NCBI RefSeq assembly: GCF_035084215.1
Contig: NC_090326.1
Span: forward strand, 14,074,001-14,138,000
Source: Heptranchias perlo
Taxonomy: Eukaryota
Length of the DNA stretch: 64,000 nt
Reading direction: 5' to 3'
Of this stretch, positions 49,886 to 63,920 are shown piece after piece. The notes under the pieces are model-generated. The model had not been told where the DNA came from, did not search any database, and saw only the letters and a program-made list of their open reading frames with translations. Every line of letters starts with the position of its first letter. The first letter of the stretch is position 1. The position numbers were made by a program, and so were the translations under genes.

Positions 49886-50250
49886 TATTCAAAATCATGA
49901 AGGGTCTAGACAGAGTACTTAGAGACAATCTGTTCCCATTGACAGAAGGGTCAAAAACCAGAGGGCATAGATTTAAGGTGATTGGCAAAAGAACCACAGG
50001 CGGCATGAGGAAAAACTTTTTTACACAGCGAGCGGTTGTGATCTGGAAAGCACTGCCTGAGGGGGTGGTGGAGGCAGATTCAATCATGGCCTTTAAAAGG
50101 GAACTGGATAAGTATTTGCAAGTAAAAAAGTTTCAGGGCTACGGGGATAGGGCGGGAGAGTAGGACTAGCTGGATTGCTGTTCCATAGAGCTGGCATGGA
50201 CTTGATGGGCTGAATGGCCTCCTTCCATGCTTTAACATTTCTATGATTCA
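49886..50250 (+). mobile_element. CR1 3' fragment, apparently inside a decayed AmnSINE2-like copy (about 49730-50320)
   Basis: FKIMKGLDRV...TRGHRFKV...FFTQR...FKRELDKY; TTCTATGATTC tail; SINE motifs AAAATCAG upstream and TGAAGAATGGCCA downstream. Confidence 0.9.
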
Positions 50251-52409
50251 CTGTGGAAATAACCTGACTGCACTTGTTGTACAGGCTTAGAGATGAAGAA
50301 TGGCCAATTGAGCAGGGTACACAAGGGCGGTCAGACTTTTGGTCTGACCTTTAGAAGAGAAACAGAGAAAACTGGGAGATGGAGAACCTCCAACGAAACA
50401 GTATTTTAACAGCGCAGTGCAGGTTGACCTCTGTTTTGATTGTCCTATTACGTAGCTCTGAACTGTCTCCACTCATTTTATGTCAGGGTCTTTTTCACTG
50501 CGATTATTAGACTCTTTTTAACGAGATGCAAATTGTGGAAGGAATTAAGGTATGTTAACAGCAGCAGGATTGGCTGGAAACCACTCCAGTTTTCAAGTGA
50601 TGGTTAAGGTACTTAATGAGGCTTCCTGCTGAAATCGTAGTTATTTAGAAAAAGCTGGGCATTGATTTCCCAGGCAGACTTCGGGGGGGTAATTTTAACC
50701 CCAAAGAACGGGTGGGTTGGGGGCGGGTGGGAGGTTAAAATAACATCTTTTTCAAGCTCGACCACAACTTCTGGGTTTAACGTTGGCGCGTTTGAATGCG
50801 CGCGTGCAGCCGAGACCCGGAAGTCGCGTCCTCAATTAATGCTGGCGGGCGGATCGTTAAAAAGGGGCAATTTACCTACTTGAAATACTTGAGGTGGGTA
50901 ATTTTCTGTTGATTCTGAACCTGTAACTAATTTTACTTCACCGGCACAGGTTTCCCATGGCTTCTGAATCTCACCATTGAAACAGAGGTGAGATGCAGCC
51001 AAAGTTGATTTGGTCCTTTAAACCTGTGACTGACACATCAATAACAGCTCAGGTATTGCAGCTGGGCTCTCCGTTCTCTCAGGCAAACGTTTGGCCGAGA
51101 GTTCTTTGTGTTGGGTCTCTATTCACTCCTCCAGCCACCACTCAATTAAATTTAAGATTCAGAAAATAAATCAATTGTTAACATCCTGAATGAATGTTGA
51201 GTATGTGAGCAAGCTTATATTTTTAAGAATGATGCCAAAATCTGAAATATTGGAATATTCTGCAGTCAAGTTACTTGAAAGAATCAGAACATTTTATAAG
51301 AACTTGACTCTTTTGCTAATATAAATTCGAGCACTCCAAATATGTTTCCAATTCTCATCCATTCTTCACCTTTGTGTGGTCCATCTCTTCCCTTCTTTTT
51401 TCTGGCTTTCTCCCTCTTCATCTTTGGCAATAGGCTTTCCATAGATATTTATTACAAGCTCAGACTCTCTCAACTATTTAGATTGTGTTTCTTCCCACCC
51501 CACTTCCAGTAAATACTTCATCACTTTCTCTAATTTTCTCCTTCTCTGTCATACCTGCTCTAATTAATCTACTTTCCACACCAGAGTTCCTAAAGGTCCT
51601 TCTTTTCCCTCAGTGGTTGACAGGCCCTTTGATTGAATCCACCACATTTCCCATATGCAGCAGAAAATAACTGCCAGGGACATCCGTTACGCTTTTCATC
51701 TTTTAATGCTAATCCTGGTGCTGGTGCTGTTGGGAAGTTCAAAATATGAATGTTACTTATATTGCACTGATCACCAAATCACTTCTCTCCTGCTCACCCT
51801 GGTACATGCCCTTAATCCTGGCCTGAATCTGGAGCCAGCTCCTCGTGCCCTCCTCCCCGTGCAGCCTCACTGCAGACCGCCATGTACTGCAGTGGGTGCG
51901 AGATGCTGGTGGCTCCCATTGACTCCCTGCTCAACCTCAGTACGTTGACTGCAGGTCTTTCCTGGTTTAATATTGGTATATGTTGTCTGCTGGCTTCTCT
52001 CCACCAATATACGGTCAGTAATAAAAAACCTAAAGTTGTTTGTAAACATAAGGAAGTGTAGGGTACCTTAAAAATACAGCAAGATGTGTAACCTGCAAAG
52101 AGTAAAGGTCCATGGAAATCCAGGGTGGTGGAAACACACACAGAATCAACAGTCGAATCTTCAGAGCAATAGGCAACCTCAAAGAATGAATCCCAAATAT
52201 CATGAAACACAGAAGCCAACCAGAAATGATTGAGAAAGTTCATTAATGAATCTACTAAAATTACACTTGGGGCTGGCATCAGGTGGACGTGTCCTGCAAA
52301 TAGCTCAGCAAACTTCCAACCTGCCGAGGAAACTACCAATCGGACTTGTTGCTGAGATCTTGGGAAGTACCAAGACACCCCCTTCAGAAATCGGATAAAT
52401 CTCAAGCTC

Positions 52410-52750
52410 CTGCCTCATTGCTCCTTCCCCCACTCGTCCCTCTCTCCCCCCACCTGCTTCTGTCCTCCACCACTTCACCTTTTTCTCTCCCTCTCCCCTC
52501 CTCCTGCTCCCTCTCCATTCCTCCCCTCCGCTTTCATTTTCTCTCCCTTTTCTCCCTTCCCATCCTCCTCTCCCCTCATCTCTCCCTCACCCCACCCCTC
52601 CCCTGTCCTCAACCTCTATCCACCCTCTCTCCTCTCCCCATTGCTCCCCCTCACTGCCTCTCCCTTCCCTACCCTTCCTCTCACCCTCACTCAGTCTGCC
52701 TTTGCTGTTCTCACCCCCTCCCTTTCTCTTACCCCTCCCCTCCCCGTCTT
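52410..52750. repeat. C/T-rich low-complexity tract
   Basis: Base composition. Confidence 0.85.
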
Positions 52751-53214
52751 GGTTCAAATATCTCCCTTGGTTGACCTGAAAAGTTTCATTGGTTTTGACT
52801 CCCCATCTCCCCATGGGAGTTCAACTGGCAAAAACTGCAACCAATGAAAATATATCTCTCCCCCACAGCACCACCATTGCATCACTTTCTACATCCCCCG
52901 GTAGAATAATAAATGTGGCCCTCACTCAACCGAGCAAAATAAAAATCAAACCCCACCCACTGAGTGAAGATGGGGAACCAAGGCAATGAGTATATATCCA
53001 GAAATAACCCCCCAAAAAATGACCATAAGGCCAAATGCATCCCCCCAGCAAAGGACCATAAACACATAGCTGAAATTCCAGGTTTGAACAATAAACCTTC
53101 TCCTCCCCACCACTGAGGAGAAATTCTGGCATAGAATCACAAACTCTCATTCACCCCCAACCACCCCCCTCCCACAAATTGCTGGTTAGGATTCAAACCA
53201 ACATTCACCCAGAG

Positions 53215-53785
53215 ACGTCCCCCCCGCCTCGCCAATGGCCGAGTCCCCCCCAGTGGCCGAGACTCTCCGATGGCTGAGGCTCCATAATGGCTGAGACCTC
53301 CCTGAATGGCCAAGATCCCCCCCCTGATGGCCGAGACTCCTTGATGGCCCAAATTCACCCCCCCGATGGCCCAGACCCCACCGATGGCTCAGTCCCCCCA
53401 GATGTCCAAGACCCCCACACTGATGGCCATGACTCCCTGATGGCCCAGACCACCCCCGATGGCCCAGGACCCCCCAATAGCCCAGACCCCCCCAATGGCT
53501 GACACCCTCCCAATGGCCGAGACCCCCCCGAGATGGCAGAGACCTCCCCGATGGCCAAGAACGTCCCCCCCCACAATGGCTGAGAACATCCCTCCGATGG
53601 TTGAGACCCCCCCGATGGCTTAGATACTGCGATGGCCGAGACCCCCCCACCAATGGCCGAGTCACCCCGATGGCTGTGGCCCCCACCCCTGATGGCCGAG
53701 ACCCCCCCCATGGCTCAGCCCCCCCCCTGCCCCCCCTGATGGCCGAGACTTCCTGATGGCCGAGACCCCTCAGTGGCCGACCCCT
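53215..53785. repeat. Degenerate C-rich minisatellite, unit about 18-20 bp (CCCCGATGGCCGAGAC core)
   Basis: Recurrent RATGGCYNAGAC followed by C-runs. Confidence 0.9.
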
Positions 53786-55136
53786 TCCCCGCCCCCCCCC
53801 CCCCCCCAATCTCACCTTACATCCATTCCCCGGATGCTTTCCCTCCTGACAGGCAGCCAACCTGTCAATTTGACCGGCTGTCACATGGGAAACCCGGAAG
53901 CAAAAATAATTACCTTTAATTGAGTTGCGATCGCAGATTTCAACGCACTGACCTCACTTCCGGGTTTCCTAGGCAGTCTACCCACCCGCTGGGTTTCCGG
54001 CTCCAAGTAAGAATCATGCCCCAGATCTCTGTAGAAATGTTACAGTCAAAATCATTCCTCGGGGATCGATCCTTCGGGCAGGAAAGGACGGTTGGAGTGG
54101 TTGCGTTTTATTTTTCATGTCTTCATCAAAGCGAATAAGAAGTAAAAATATGCCGCCAGCAGACCTCAGTTGACAACTAGGGGACTGCAGATTGTCAGAA
54201 CACAAAAACATCCCCAGTGAAACTAAACGAGAGTCTTGTATTTCGATCTCCCTGTCCCATAGGCTTTTGATTCATTTTCCAGTGACTTAAAATGCTGCGT
54301 TTCCAAAGCAAGGACGACAGTGACGAGCTGGTCGATCGTTTGAAAACCAACAGTGTGATTTCCACACCCGGGTGATTATGAGCTGGTGAGGTCGTTAGGG
54401 ATTATACCAAACACTCAGAAAGCTGTTTCTAATTATCATGTTAACCCAAAAAATGAGATTATAGTGTGAAATCACTGAGCATTTCATGGGGAGCAGGATT
54501 CATCTATTTCCAGTTCACTTGTTTTGCTGATAGTTTTTGTTATGGTGGAGTGAATTTAACTCACCAACCAATGCAGTCAAAGCGTTGATTCCAGATGATG
54601 TTCACTCTGAGGGATTAGCCATTGTGATGAAATCACTGGAATTTATCAGATAACGATACCAATTATCATTTAAGAATATTTAAGTAGGGCAGTAATGGCC
54701 AATAGAAAATGCTGACTAACCATATGCGACAACCACACCGTTTTATCCACATGCACTAACTTTAGTGGAAAGCACCTTACACACACGACAGGTAAGTGCA
54801 CTTCACACATGTGTAATTTACTGAACAAATATTGACCACCATTCAGTGAGAAATTTTTTCTCTTTCATCCAAACGTGGAATGGCATGAGTTTATCAGACA
54901 CAACACGTCTTAGCGCAGCTTTTAGGTTTTTGTCCAGCAGTTGCGAGCGGTCCTCTGACCATCAGAGTGATTGCTGAGAATGTAGAGACACACGTACCCA
55001 AAAAAGGAAGGCTGTAAAATTATATTTGAAGGAATGAGAGACGTTTAACCACCAATAGTGGCACACATTGTCTACTTCTGTTAATTCAAAGTCCTTTTTA
55101 TTTGCTCAAAAGGAAATTTAATTATCAAATAGTTTG

Positions 55137-57037
55137 AATCATAGAAAATTTACAGCACAGAAGGAGGCTATTTGGCCCATCGTGTTTGCACTGGCTGAGA
55201 AACGAGCCATCCAGCCTAACCCACTTTCCCGCATTTGGTCCGTAGCCCTGCAAGTCGCAGCTCTTTAGGTGCATGTCCAGGTATTTTTTAAATGAGTTGA
55301 GGGTTTCTGCTTCTACCACCCTTTCAGGCAGTGAGTTCCAGACCCCCACCACCCTCTGGGTGAAAATTATTTCCTCAGCTCCCCTCTAATCCTTCTCCCA
55401 ATCACTTTAAATCTATGCCCCCTGGTTATTGACCTCTCTGCTAAGTGAAATAGGTCCTTCCTATCCACTCTATCTAGGCCCCGCATAATTTTGTACGCCT
55501 CAATCAAATCACCCCTCAGCCTCCTCTGTTCCAAGGAAAACAACCCCAGCTTATCCAATCTGTCATCATAGTTAAAATTCTCGAGTCCTGGCAACATCCT
55601 CGTAAATCTCCTCTGCACCCTCTTTAGTGCAATTACATCCTTCCTGTAATGTGGTGACCAAAACTGTACACAGTACTGAAGCTGTGGCCTAACCAGTGTT
55701 TTATACAGTTCCAGCATAACATTCCTGCTTTTATATTCTATGTCTCGGCTAACAAAGGAAAGCATTCCATATGCCTTCTTAACCACTTTACCTACCTGTC
55801 TTGCTACCTTCAGGGATCTGTGGACATGCACTCTAAGGTCCCTCACTTCCTCTACTCCTTTCAGTATCCTCCCATTTATTGTGTATTCCTTTGCTTTGAT
55901 TGCTCTCCCCAAATGCATTACCTCTCACTTCTCCGGATTGAACTCCATTTGCCACTTTTCTGCCCATCTGACCAGTCCATTGATATCTTCCTGCAGTCTA
56001 CAGCTTTCCTCCTCACTATCAGGAGTGTGATGGATTACTCTCCACTTGCCTGGATGAGTGCAGCTCCAACAACACTCAAGAAGCTCGACACCGTCCAGGA
56101 CAAAGCAGCCCGCTTGATTGGCACCCCATCCACCACCCTTAACATTCATTCCCTTCACTACCGGCGCACAGTGGCTGCAGTGTGTACCATCCACAGGATG
56201 CACTGCAGCAACTCGCCAAGGCTTCTTTGACAGCACCTCCCAAACCCGCGACCTCTACCACCTAGAAGGACAAGAGCAGCAGGTACATGGGAACAACACC
56301 ACCTGCACATTCCCCTCCGAGTCACACACCATCCTGACTTGGAAATATATCGCCGTTCCTTCATCGTCGCTGGGTCAAAATCCTGGAACTCCCTTCCTAA
56401 CAGCACTGTGGGAGAACCTTCACCACACGGACTGCAGTGGTTCAAGAAGGCGGCTCACCACCACCTTCTCAAGGGCAATTAGGGATGGGCAATAAATGCC
56501 GGCCTCGCCAGCGACGCCCACATCCCATGAACGAATAAAAAAAATCTATCAATCACATGGCCTATCTTTGTGTCATCCGCAAATTTCTTAATCATGTCCC
56601 CTACGTTTAAGTCCAAATCGTTAATGTATACCACAAAAAGCAAAGGACCTAGTACTGAGCCCTGCAGCACCCCACTGGAAACAGTCTTCCAGTCGCAAAA
56701 ACACCCATCGACCATTACACTTTGCTTCCTGCCACTGAGCCAATTTTGGATACAATTTGCCACCTTCATTTGGATCCCATGGTCCTTGACTTTTTTGACC
56801 AATCTGCCATGTGGGAGCTTGTCAGAAGCCTTGCTAAAATCCATATAGACGACATCGATTGCGCTACCCGCGTCGATCCTCTTTGTCACCTCCTCGAAAA
56901 ATTCAATCAAGTTAGTCAGACACAACCTCCCTTTAACAAATCCGTGCTGACTGTCTTTGATCAGTCCGTGCCTTTCTCAGTCACAGTTTATCCTGTCCCT
57001 CAGAATTGATTCCAATAATATGCCCACCACCGAGGTG
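55137..57037 (-). mobile_element. CR1 LINE (RT to 3' end), interrupted by a family A insertion
   Basis: ORFs 56479-56925 (CLTNLIEFFEEV, YMDFSKA, FADDTK) and 55367-55918. Confidence 0.95.
56018..56545 (+). mobile_element. LINE family A 3' fragment nested in CR1
   Basis: Near-identical to 3795-4316; CTATCA present on both sides (candidate TSD). Confidence 0.95.
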
Positions 57038-58985
57038 AAACATAGAAACATAGAAAATATGAGCAGGAGTAGGCAATTCAGCCCTTCGAGCCTGCTCCAG
57101 CATTCAATATGATCATGGCTATCGCAATACAATATTCCCGTTCTCTCCCCATACCCCTTGATGCCTTTTGTGTCTAGAAATCTATCCAGCTCCTTCTTAA
57201 ATATATTCAGTGACTTGGCCGCCACAGCCTTCTGTGGTAGAGAATTCCACAGGTTCACCACCCTCTGAGTGAAGAAATTTCTCCTCATCTCAGTCCTAAA
57301 TGTCCTACCCTGTATCCTGAGACTGTGACCCCTCGTTCTGGATCCCCCAGTCAGGGGAAACATCCTTCCTGAATCCAGACTGTCCAGCCCTGTCAGAATT
57401 TTATATGTTTCAATGAGATCCCCTCTCATTCTTCTAAACTCGAGTGAATACAGGTCGAGTCGACCCAATCTCTCCTCATACGACAGTCCTGCCATCCCAG
57501 GAATCAGTCTGCTGAACCTTCGCTGCACTCCCTCTGTGGCAAGTATATCCTTTCTTCGGTAAGGAGACCAAAACTGCACACAATACAGGCCCTGTATAAC
57601 TGCAATAAGACACCCTTGCTCCTACACTCAAATCCTCTTGCAATGAAGGCCAACATACCATTTGCCTTCCTAACTGTTTGCTGCACCTGCATGTTTGCTT
57701 TCAATGACTGGTGTACAAGGACACCCAGGTCCCTTTGTACATCAACATTCCCCAATCTATCACCATTTAAATAATACTCCGCCTTTCCGTTTTTCCTTCT
57801 GAAGTGGATAACTTCACATTTATCCACATTATACTGCATCTGCCATGTATTTGCCCACTCACTCAACTTTTCTAAATCGCCTTGAAGCCTCTTTGCATCC
57901 TCCTCACAACTCACGATCCCACCTAGTTTTGTGTCATCAGCAAACTTGGAAATATTACATTTGGTTCCCTCATGCAAATCATTGATATATATTGTGAATA
58001 GCTGGGGCCCAAGCACTGATCCCTGCGGTTCCCCACTAGTCACTGCCTGCCACCTCTCCCTCCTATTTTAAATAGTGGGGTTACATTTGCCATCCTCCAA
58101 TCTGCAGGAACTGTTCCATAATCTATAGAATTTTGGAAGATGACAACTAATGGATCCACTATTTTCATGGCTACCTCTTTTAGTACTCTGGGATGCAGAT
58201 TATCAGGCCCTGGGTACTTATCGGCTTTTAGTCCCATTAATTTCTCCAGAACTATTTTTTTACTAATATTAATTTCCTTTAATTCCTCCTTCTCACTAGT
58301 CCCTTGGTTCCCTGGCATTTCTGGGAAGTTATTTGTGTCCTCTTCCGTGAAGACAGAACCAAAGTATTTGTTTAATTGCTCTGCCATTTCCTTGTTTTCC
58401 ATTATAAATTCTCCCATTTCTGACTATAAGGGACCTACATTTGTCTTCACTAATCTTTTTCTTTTTACATACTTGTAGAAGCTTTTACAGTCCACTTTTA
58501 TGTTCCTTGCAAGTTTACTCTCACACTCTATTTTCCCCCTCTTAATCAATCTCTTGGTCCTTTTTTGCTGAATTCTAAACTGCTCCCAATCCTCAGGCTT
58601 GCTACTTTTTCTGGCAACTTTATATGACTCCTCTTTGGATCTAATACTATCCTTAATTTCTTTTGTTAGCCATGGTTGGACCGCTTTTCCTTTTGTGTTT
58701 TTGCACCAGAAAGGAATGTATAATTGTTGCAATTCATGCATTCGTTCCTTAAATGTTAGCCATTGCCTATCCACCGTCACGCCTTTTAATGAAGCTTCCC
58801 AATCTATCATAGCCAACTCACTCCTTATACCTACGTAGTTTCCTTTGTTTAGATTTAGGACCCTAGTTTCGGATTGGACTACTTCACTTTCCATCTTAAT
58901 GAAGGATTCTATCATGTTGTGGTCACTCTTCCCTAAAGGACCCCGCACAACAAAATTATTAATTAACCCCTTCACATTGCACAAT
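57038..58985 (-). mobile_element. CR1 LINE of a second subfamily with (CATAGAAA)n tail and internal deletions
   Basis: ORFs 58424-59017 (LGKSDHNMI), 58040-58417 (PGPDNLHPRVLKE), 57504-58043 (FADDTKL) and 56977-57579; jumps from VTPLFK to TSG.PQGS near 58050. Confidence 0.95.
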
Positions 58986-59089
58986 TGAGCAATTTTAATA
59001 AAATAGCACGATTTCAATTCGCATTGACAGATAATTCGAAAGCCCTTTTGAGGTAAGGGGAGTAGACTGTAAACTGGATGAAAAGGGTA

Positions 59090-59445
59090 GAATAGAATAG
59101 AATCATAGAATCATAGAATCATAGAATCATAGAATCATAGACTCATAGAATCATAGAATCATAGAATCATAGAATCATAGAATCATAGACTCATAGAATC
59201 ATAGAATCATAGAATCATAGAATCATAGAATCATAGAATCATAGACTCATAGAATCATAGAATCATAGAATCATAGACTCATAGAATCATAGAATCATAG
59301 AATCATAGAATCATAGAATCATAGACTCATAGAATCATAGAATCATAGAATCATAGAATCATAGACTCATAGAATCATAGAATCATAGAATCATAGACTC
59401 ATAGAATCATAGAATCATAGAATCATAGAATCATAGAATCATAGA
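59090..59445. repeat. (ATAGAATC)n microsatellite with interspersed ATAGACTC variants (CR1 tail)
   Basis: Near-perfect octamer array abutting a CR1 3' end. Confidence 0.97.
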
Positions 59446-60530
59446 AGTTACAACATGGAGACAGGCCCTTCGGCCCAACATGTCCATGTCGCCCAGTTTA
59501 TACCACTAAGCTAGTCCCAATTGCCTGCACTTGGCCCATATCCCTCGATACCCATCTTACCCATGTAACTGTCCAAATGCTTTTTAAAAGACAAAATTGT
59601 ACCCGCCTCTACTACTGCCTCTGGCAGCTCGTTCCAGACACTCACCACCCTTTGAGTGAAAAAATTGCCCCTCTGGATCCTTTTGTATCTCTCCCCTCTC
59701 ACCTTAAATCTGTGCCCCCTCGTTATAGACTCCCCTACCTTTGGGAAAAGATTTTGACTATCGACCTTATCTATGCCCCTCATTATTTTATAGACTTCTA
59801 TAAGATCACCCCTTAACCTCCTACTCTCCAGGGAATAAAGTCCCAGTCTGTCTAACCTCTCCCTGTAAGTCAAACCATCAAGTCCCGGTAGCATCCTAGT
59901 AAATCTTTTCTGCACTCTTTCTAGTTTAATAATATCCTTTCTATAATAGGGTGACCAGAACTGTACACAGTACTCCAAGTGTGGCCTCACCAATGCCCTG
60001 TACAACTTCAACAAGACATCCCAACTCCTGCATTCAATGTTCTGACCAATGAAACCAAGCATGCTGAATGCCTTCTTCACCACCCTATCCACCTGTGACT
60101 CCACTTTCAAGGAGCTATGAATCTGTACTCCTAGATCTCTTTGTTCTATAACTCTCCCCAACGCCCTACCATTAACGGAGTAGGTCCTGGCCCGATTCGA
60201 TCTACCAAAATGCATCACCTCACATTTATCTAAATTAAACTCCATCTGCCATTCATCGGCCCACTGGCCCAATTTATCAAGATCCCGTTGCAATCCTAGA
60301 TAACCTTCTTCACTGTCCACAATGCCACCAATCTTGGTGTCATCTGCAAACTTACTAACCATGCCTCCTAAATTCTCATCCAAATCATTAATATAAATAA
60401 CAAATAACAGCGGACCCAGCACCGATCCCTGAGGCACACCGCTGGACACAGGCATCCAGTTTGAAAAACAACCCTCGACAACCACCCTCTGTCTTCTGTC
60501 GTCAAGCCAATTTTGTATCCAATAGGCTGC
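59446..60530 (-). mobile_element. Young 5'-truncated CR1 of a third subfamily
   Basis: Uninterrupted 324-aa ORF 59511-60485 (GVPQGSVLGP, YINDLD, FADDTK, WNELP). Confidence 0.97.
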
Positions 60531-61953
60531 ATGAAATACTTGGATAATTGTTCAGTAAGGCTGTGGACAGAGTGGATGCCCAACAAAAACCAATGACTCC
60601 CTGGCCAAAGCTCAGGGGCATGCTAGATCGCCCCATCTCTGTGAGGTATTTCACAAGGGGAACCGCAAAAGGGCAGGGGGGGGGAAAAAGGCAAAAAAGG
60701 CGGCGAGAAGGGGTGAGGGAAGATAATGTGCCCCCCGCCAAATTTTCTGGGTCGCTCGCTAAGACTGAGTGAGGGGTCAGCAGCCATTGGGTGTTTGTGT
60801 ATTGGAGTAATAGAGAGCTACTAGAAGTTATTCTGCCCCAATCATTGTGGATCTGAAATCATGGTTCTTAAAATCTGTGGTTCTAATCCTGGTTCCTCCT
60901 GTGAGGAAGGCCACAGTAAACCTAACAGTTCTGTAATATGTATCTGAATATAATAAACATACTGCTATAGGATGGACACCAGTCACTTCATTTCTCTCTC
61001 AGCCCCATGCCAAGATTATACTTCAATATTAATCATTCCTGTAGACCCAGTATAAACCAGTCAAGTCTAAGTGAAACAAAGGAGCTGAGGCAGGTGACAG
61101 AAATCTCTCTCATGATGCGTGGTTAATTGCAGTTTCAATTATTCAATTGAATTTAATAGGATCATGGTTTAAATAATTGATCGATTGGTCTTATACTGGT
61201 CCTAACTGGATCATCAATTAGTTGATATTTGTCCTTCAGTTCTGGCGACACTTTTAAGGGGATATGAACAGCCATGTAACAGCACTTTTGCAGTCATATC
61301 CCAAACGTAACTACGCTAGTATGGTAATACATAAATGTCAGAGCAGCATAATAGTGATTATTTCTAATAATTAACTATAGATTATTACTCCATAAACTTG
61401 CAGTGATTGTTGTTCACCTTGAACAATATCATGCATTATTTTCATAGACTGTAATGATTGTTGGCTTCTGTTATCACAGCTGCTTTCAGTGAAAACAGCA
61501 GACACAAAACTGAATAAAACCCCACAGCCTTTGCAATATATTCGTACAATACAAATATATCTATCTATAATCTATAATGGCTGCAAGCACTTCCTGTCAA
61601 CATTTTCCATTATAAATTCCTATGTCCACATTTATAGTCAAACTGCTGGTGTAAATTTGTCACACTGTAATTAGCCCCTTCCCCCTCTATCAGGAGGGTA
61701 GTGCTATAACACCTGCACTGGAGAGGAGGAAGGGGCTAACTACAGTGTTATAGCACTACCCAGGAGGGTGCAATTACACAGTGACACATTTACATCATAA
61801 ATGTAGAAATCAAATTTTGTAATAGAAATTTCAAAAATAAGGACAGAATGTATGAATTTAAAAGTGACTGAAATATGTCTCTGTGCCCTGGTCCAATTAT
61901 CCCCTGTTCTCTCACCCCACTTCACCCGATGACTATGTCTGGTCTTGACTTCC

Positions 61954-62401
61954 TTTTTTTGAATTCATTCATGGGATGTGGGCGTTACTGGCAAGGTCGG
62001 CATTTATTGCCCATCCCTAATCGCCCTTGAGAAGGTGGTGGTGAGCCGCCTTCTTGAACCGCTGCAGTCCGTGTGGTGAAGGTTCTCCCACAGTGCTGTT
62101 AGGAAGGGAGTTCCAGGATTTTGACCCAGCGACGATGAAGGAATGGTGATATATTTCCAAGTCAGGATGGTGTGTGACTTGGAGGGGAACGTGCAGGTTG
62201 TGTTGTTCCCATACACCTACTGCCCTTGTCCTTCTAGGTGGTAGAAGTCACGGGTTTGGGAGGTGCTGTCGAAGAAGCCTTGGTGAATTGCTGCAGTGCA
62301 TCTTGTAGACGGTACACACTACAGCCACGATGCGCCAGTGGTGGAGGGAGTGAATGTTTAAGGTGGTGGATTGGGTGCCAATTAAGCGGGCTGCTTTGTC
62401 C
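61954..62401 (-). mobile_element. LINE family A 3' fragment
   Basis: Collinear with 21002-21450. Confidence 0.95.
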
Positions 62402-62757
62402 CATAGTGTGCACTATGGAAGATTGACCAGTATTATGTACATATTATTTTTAATAAATAATTAACCTAATTTCAGAGTTCGGAGGATGGGTTATTCAAGA
62501 TTCGCTGTCATGCTTTATGACATTAGTTGAAGCTTTAATGAGATTATTAACTTGTAATCTCTTAGACATCCATTATTCACTGTATACCAGACAGTGGATA
62601 TGAAAAATCCTTTTGAGATAATGCCAAACTACACTGCTACACCACCCCACTCTGTAAGGAACAAAACGTACAATATTTCAGAAATGCTAGCATTTTATTT
62701 TCAATTTTATTTTAATTTCAGGTTTGGTCTTCTTCATTTTCTCAGTGTTACTAACAG

Positions 62758-62837
62758 AAACCATGATCTAATCGAATGGTGGAATAGGCTCGAGGGGTTG
62801 AATTGCCTACTCCTGTTTTTATCTTCCTATGTTCCTA
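62758..62837 (+). mobile_element. CR1 3' terminus
   Basis: CCATGATCTAATCGAATGG...GGCTCGAGGGG.TGAATTGCCTACTCCTG...TTCCTATGTTCCTAT. Confidence 0.85.
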
Positions 62838-63753
62838 TAAAACAAATTTTTATCTGTCAGCAGGAAATTTGCAATAAACTAATCATGGGCAAGAGAAATA
62901 AAAGTGATACCAACAATAGCTTCCAAATTCATGACTAAGAATACACTGAAGATGTACATATGTAATGACTGGGTGCCATACATAGATTATAAATTAGAAC
63001 TGATCGAAGTTTCTTTTGACGATCTAGGTGATGATTGTGTGCTCGTCAGATTTCACTCTCATGGTTTCTGTCAGTATTTCAATTAAATGAAAGTCTTATA
63101 ATCATTTCCGGTTGTCCACTATCTATTCATGCAGTTGTGTCCCTGCCTTTAATGGATGCTTGGGTGGGAATTAGCTGTGTGATAATTAAACTGCTAAAGG
63201 ATTGTTAAATAATACATCAAGGATTAAATTCCTCTGTACATTAGTGCTAACACATTGGCTAAGTGTGTATTAATGTGAAATAATTTAACACGTTAGCACT
63301 AATGGAATGTTAGTGCAAATTTACCCTCGCTGTCAAAATCCCTTTTGGGACAGAATAGTGCACGTTAATGAACAGATTTTGATTTTAACGATATTTTGGC
63401 CTGTTGAGGACAAATTAAAGGCAAGCATTCAAACTGACTCAAACCTTATACATCCTGTGTGTAGAGTAGTGCACCCAGGATTAACAATTACCTCCTAATT
63501 ATGGTATATAGCACAATGGAGATCATGTGCGAGGGTGACAATGTTCCCTCAATTTGTTCCTGCGAGTAAAAATTCCAACTGTACATAATGCCTGCAGTAA
63601 TCTCACCCTATTATTAATATACGTAACATCATATTAACAGAAAATGAAGAAGTAGATTGCATTACATTAATGCTGTTATTGAATGCTTGTTCACACATCT
63701 CCTTATAATTAATTCTGTCAAATTCTGCACTTGAATTAAACCCTAGTATCTTC

Positions 63754-63920
63754 TGAACCCATTGACATATCAGCCTTTCACTTCCTCTTTCCCCCCAAAA
63801 TTCGCTGGCATATTGACCTTTCACTTACCCTTTCCCCTTTGAACCCATTGGTATGTCAACCTTTCATTTACCTTTCCCCTTTGAACCCATTGATATATCA
63901 GCCTCTAACTTACTCTTTCC
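63754..63920. repeat. Tandem repeat of about 42 bp, about 4 diverged units
   Basis: TGAACCCATTG at 63754, 63840 and 63882, each followed by CCTTTCA.TT.C.CTTTCC-like sequence. Confidence 0.75.

Larger units (their letters stand above)
50684..54021. mobile_element. Candidate Harbinger-type element ends, possibly one 3.3 kb element
   Basis: GGGGGGTAATTTTAAC and GTAAGAATCATGCCCC (11/16 inverted match); subterminal ACCCGGAAG motifs as at 46446; no TSD seen. Confidence 0.4.

Noticed and set aside
53186-53884. Gly-rich 232-aa ORF and Pro/Asp/Gly collagen-like ORF
   Set aside because: Translations of a C-rich degenerate minisatellite
56977-57579. ORF spanning two CR1 copies as a novel fusion gene
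   Set aside because: Chance read-through across an insertion junction that includes the 3' UTR and tail
3340-62401. Minus-strand excess of long LINE copies as evidence of a plus-strand host intron
   Set aside because: Too few independent insertions, and many short copies are on the plus strand
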